From Octopus bimaculoides (lineage: Eukaryota), in the NCBI RefSeq assembly GCF_001194135.2, contig NC_068984.1:69290984-69333884 (forward strand): 42,901 nucleotides of DNA, in the 5' to 3' direction. Both the position numbers and the translations under genes were made by a program. The notes under the pieces are model-generated. The model was not told the DNA's origin and did not search any database. It was given only the letters and a program-made list of their open reading frames with translations. Shown in pieces: positions 39,367-42,901 of this stretch. The first letter of the stretch is position 1. Each line of letters starts with the position of its first letter.

Positions 39367-39413
39367 ATGGCTGAACCGATACTAAAGGACACCAGCAACA
39401 ATCTGTATCATGA
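39367..39413 (+). CDS. Candidate start-codon exon of an unidentified host gene (MAEPILKDTSNNLYH-)
   Basis: Acceptor CTTTTGCTTTTAG (ends 39354), Kozak-like AATCATGG, open frame and donor GA|GTAAGT at 39414. No homology was recognised and no next exon was found. Confidence 0.3.
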
Positions 39414-41265
39414 GTAAGTGAATGACATCAATATTCCTAATTAGCAGCACTAATCATGAGTGAATGATGATCACTGTTTGTGGTTGCTCAGCCTCATAGA
39501 AATAGCATTTGAATTTTCTGGAATAATACTCTATCATTAATTATAAAAACAATAATACATTGGACAAATATCATCATTATAAACATCCGTTTATGCCTAC
39601 TTTTTCATGCTGGACAGATCATCACAGTCAAAGTCATTTCCTATAGCACTGTTAGGTGAATCAGAGGATTTGTGAGGTGGTTTCCTAGTATGGCTGCAGC
39701 TTAGTGATAAAAGATAGAAGACATTAAGAATTTTTACTAAAACAGTATGGGTGAAATTTGGGATAAAAGGCTATCAGAGGAATAGCATTTAAATATCATG
39801 AGTCGAGTCTTATTACACAGTCATATTAATTCTGCCCGAGGTTTAGGTCACAGATATATGTATCAGTAGAATATCCAGCCACTTATGCTATCAGTCAATG
39901 GATTAGAGGTTTCATTGATCAAGCAAATGAAATACTTATTCATAATCAAAATTGGTGGAATAGCAATAAAGTTATTATTTGTGAGAAGATTAATTTGGGT
40001 TAAAATTCAAGTTAATTAGAATAGGGATCCTGCTTAAAATTTTTTCAACTCCTCTTATCTCATGTCGTATCATAGTTAGTTGAAAAACATGAGACATTCT
40101 ATTACAGAAAATAGTGTGATTTTACAAATATTGAAATCATACAGTAGGTGTGGTTTCGTTTATAAGAAACAAATAAATAAATTGAAAAAAAAGCCCCAAC
40201 TATGTAGCTTATACATTCTATCCATTACATGTTATCTATAGCTGGATGTCATTCCTTTAAATTAGCCACTTTTATCATGTCAACAGCACATGATGTAGTC
40301 CTACATCTATGAAAAGGCAGCATGGTCAGAGATGGAACAGATTTGATTAATACCAGGGCTAAACTGGAGTTAAATGACAACACTTCTGTGAAAAAGTGAA
40401 TATCATTACTTCATATACACTCACTCACTCTTAATCTTAGATCACAGATTTTTGTGTTTACAAATTTCACTCAATCTTTTTACTTTTTAAGTTATTTTTC
40501 TTTCGCAGAAGAAATAATATAAAAGATATCCAATGATGCAATGCTTTGTAATAAATATTAAATGGTTTGTTCTCTTATTTTCTTCCATTGCATTTGTTTA
40601 AGGCCTTAGAAAAAAAAAAAGCAAAAAAAGATTTATCACGTCAGAATTTTGTGATATTTATCTTTTATATTTTTAATGCAAACGTTTCTGTCTTTATCTA
40701 TATGGAAGCTTGGATAAAATAATCTTACAGTTGTTCTCTTTGTATATTAACTCCCCTTCTTTATCTGAATTATATTATTTAATTTACTTATATTTTTTAC
40801 TTACTTTTGTCATTCCCTCTTCTATTAACTTTTTATTCTTTTTCAATATCAACGTTTTTTCATGTAGATAGTGAGGAAAAGTATTTTTCCTCTCTCTTAT
40901 GTTTCTATATTTTTATCAACTTTACATTTTTTTTTTTCATCTGAATATCTCTTTTTATATTTTCAATTTCATTCTCTATTAAGTTTTTATTTTCAATGCA
41001 AGGACTTTTATTGGTAGGAAAGCAGGGGATTCTATATTTTTATTAAGTTTTTTTTTTTTTTTTTTTGGCTTGAATTATATTTTATTTCAGTTTATATTAT
41101 TAAAGTTTTGTAATTTTTCTTCCAATAAATTTTATTTATTTATTTTTGTCATTACGTCAATTTTCTGCTCATGCTAAATATTAAAAAAAAACCTCTTCTT
41201 GTGACAAATAAATCCCCTTGATATCTGCCTGATCAATACAATATATTTTGACAGAAGATGTTCAA

Positions 41266-41307
<42 letters not shown>

Positions 41308-41336
41308 GTGATCTTTTGCCAAAATTTGAAACGAAT

Positions 41337-41383
<47 letters not shown>

Positions 41384-41542
41384 TAATAATAATGATAATG
41401 GTGATGACAATAAAACAATGAAAATATTTTCAAAGATGCGTACATGCACACACACATATAAATATAAATATAAGAAAATGTATATATTAATATAAATAAA
41501 TATATATCCAAATCCATATCTATGAACCAATACATATGTATA

Positions 41543-41589
<47 letters not shown>

Positions 41590-42101
41590 GTAATATATAA
41601 TATATATATATATAACTATATATATGTAATGTGCATAATATATATAAATACATATATGTAATATGTATAATATNNNNNNNNNNNNNNNNNNNNNNNNNNN
41701 NNNNNNNNNNNNNNNNNNNNNNNNNNNNNNNNNNNNNNNNNNNNNNNNNNNNNNNNNNNNNNNNNNNNNNNNNNNNNNNNNNNNNNNNNNNNNNNNNNNN
41801 NNNNNNNNNNNNNNNNNNNNNNNNNNNNNNNNNNNNNNNNNNNNNNNNNNNNNNNNNNNNNNNNNNNNNNNNNNNNNNNNNNNNNNNNNNNNNNNNNNNN
41901 NNNNNNNNNNNNNNNNNNNNNNNNNNNNNNNNNNNNNNNNNNNNNNNNNNNNNNNNNNNNNNNNNNNNNNNNNNNNNNNNNNNNNNNNNNNNNNNNNNNN
42001 NNNNNNNATATATATATACATATGTGTGTGTATACATATATATATATATATATTATATGCATGCATACATATACATACATACAAACACATTATATATGCA
42101 T

Positions 42102-42135
<34 letters not shown>

Positions 42136-42394
42136 ATGATGTCTAAATTAAGCATCTGCAAAAGGAATGCCAGCTTATCCAAATTTTGCACCTGTATTAA
42201 ATTAAGCCATACATGAAGCCTGGCTATAAAAGGAGAGGTAGGAAGAAAATTGATATCCTTAATCCAATTTTCCAGTCGTAAATTTCTAGGATTTTGCTGC
42301 AGGCAAATATCCATATTCAATGGAATTTATATATTTTTATACATAGAGCTGCTTTTGTGAGAAACTAAATTTAAAATCCTTTCAGCAGAATTTG

Positions 42395-42434
<40 letters not shown>

Positions 42435-42532
42435 TATACACACATACATACACACACAAACATATATATATATATTTGTGTGGCTGTTCATGAGCACATA
42501 TAATAAGTCAGTGATATATATGCATGATTATG

Positions 42533-42725
42533 GTGCTGAGGTAAGAGAATCGTTAGTGTGCGGGGCAAAAATGCTTAGTGGCATTTCATCTAAGTTCAAA
42601 TTCCACTGACGTTGAGTTTCCTTTCATCTTTTGGGGTGAATGAAATAAGTACCAGTTGAAGATTGTGGCCAATGTAATTATTTCCACCACCACCCTAAAA
42701 ATGCAGGACTCACATCAAAATTTTA
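42533..42725 (+). mobile_element. Degraded family-B SINE
   Basis: GGGCAAAAATGCTTAGTGGCATTTCATC...AGTTCAAATTCC...CCTTTCATC...AAATAAGTACCAG. Confidence 0.7.
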
Positions 42726-42901
42726 AATTGATATATATATATGCATGATAATGTTTGTATATATGTTAATACATATATATATATCATCATCATCATGCAT
42801 GAATATGTATAATATATATGTGTGTATGCATGTGGGGGTGTGTCTTTTTCTGAGTGCATATATAAATGCATGTGCATATATATATATAAATATATATATA
42901 T

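Noticed and set aside
40495-40570. Strong acceptor TTTTTCTTTCGCAG as the exon following 39413
   Set aside because: The continuing frame, and both other frames, hit a stop within about 10 codons.
42090-42320. 76-aa minus-strand ORF
   Set aside because: It runs into a microsatellite and has no recognisable domain or paired splice sites.

Overview
Draft-assembly eukaryotic DNA: AT-rich, five N-gaps, dense microsatellites. The SINE and LINE families and (TA/CA/GAT)n content point to a coleoid cephalopod, most likely Octopus (inference). It is not prokaryotic: there is no CRISPR array, operon, rRNA or real tRNA gene. Almost all ORF-track entries are microsatellite read-throughs. The only intact protein-coding ORF is a 353-aa DD37D (maT-type Tc1/mariner) transposase in a complete 1290-bp element with 26-bp TIRs and TA flanks. 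The rest is a transposon graveyard: a Helitron with both termini, three Penelope-like fossils, an RLE-type (R4/Dong/NeSL-like) LINE end, several RTE LINE fossils, many tRNA-derived SINEs, two MITE-like elements and tandem arrays. The most unusual signals are four. (1) A Helitron-borne 21-bp-phased minisatellite whose units overlap kappaB-like and STAT-like motifs. (2) The near-intact maT element. (3) A 143-bp, 140/143-identical inverted SINE pair. (4) A ~71-bp conserved-core/variable-spacer array. Host exons are tentative only. Boundaries of degraded repeats are approximate. No database search was run.
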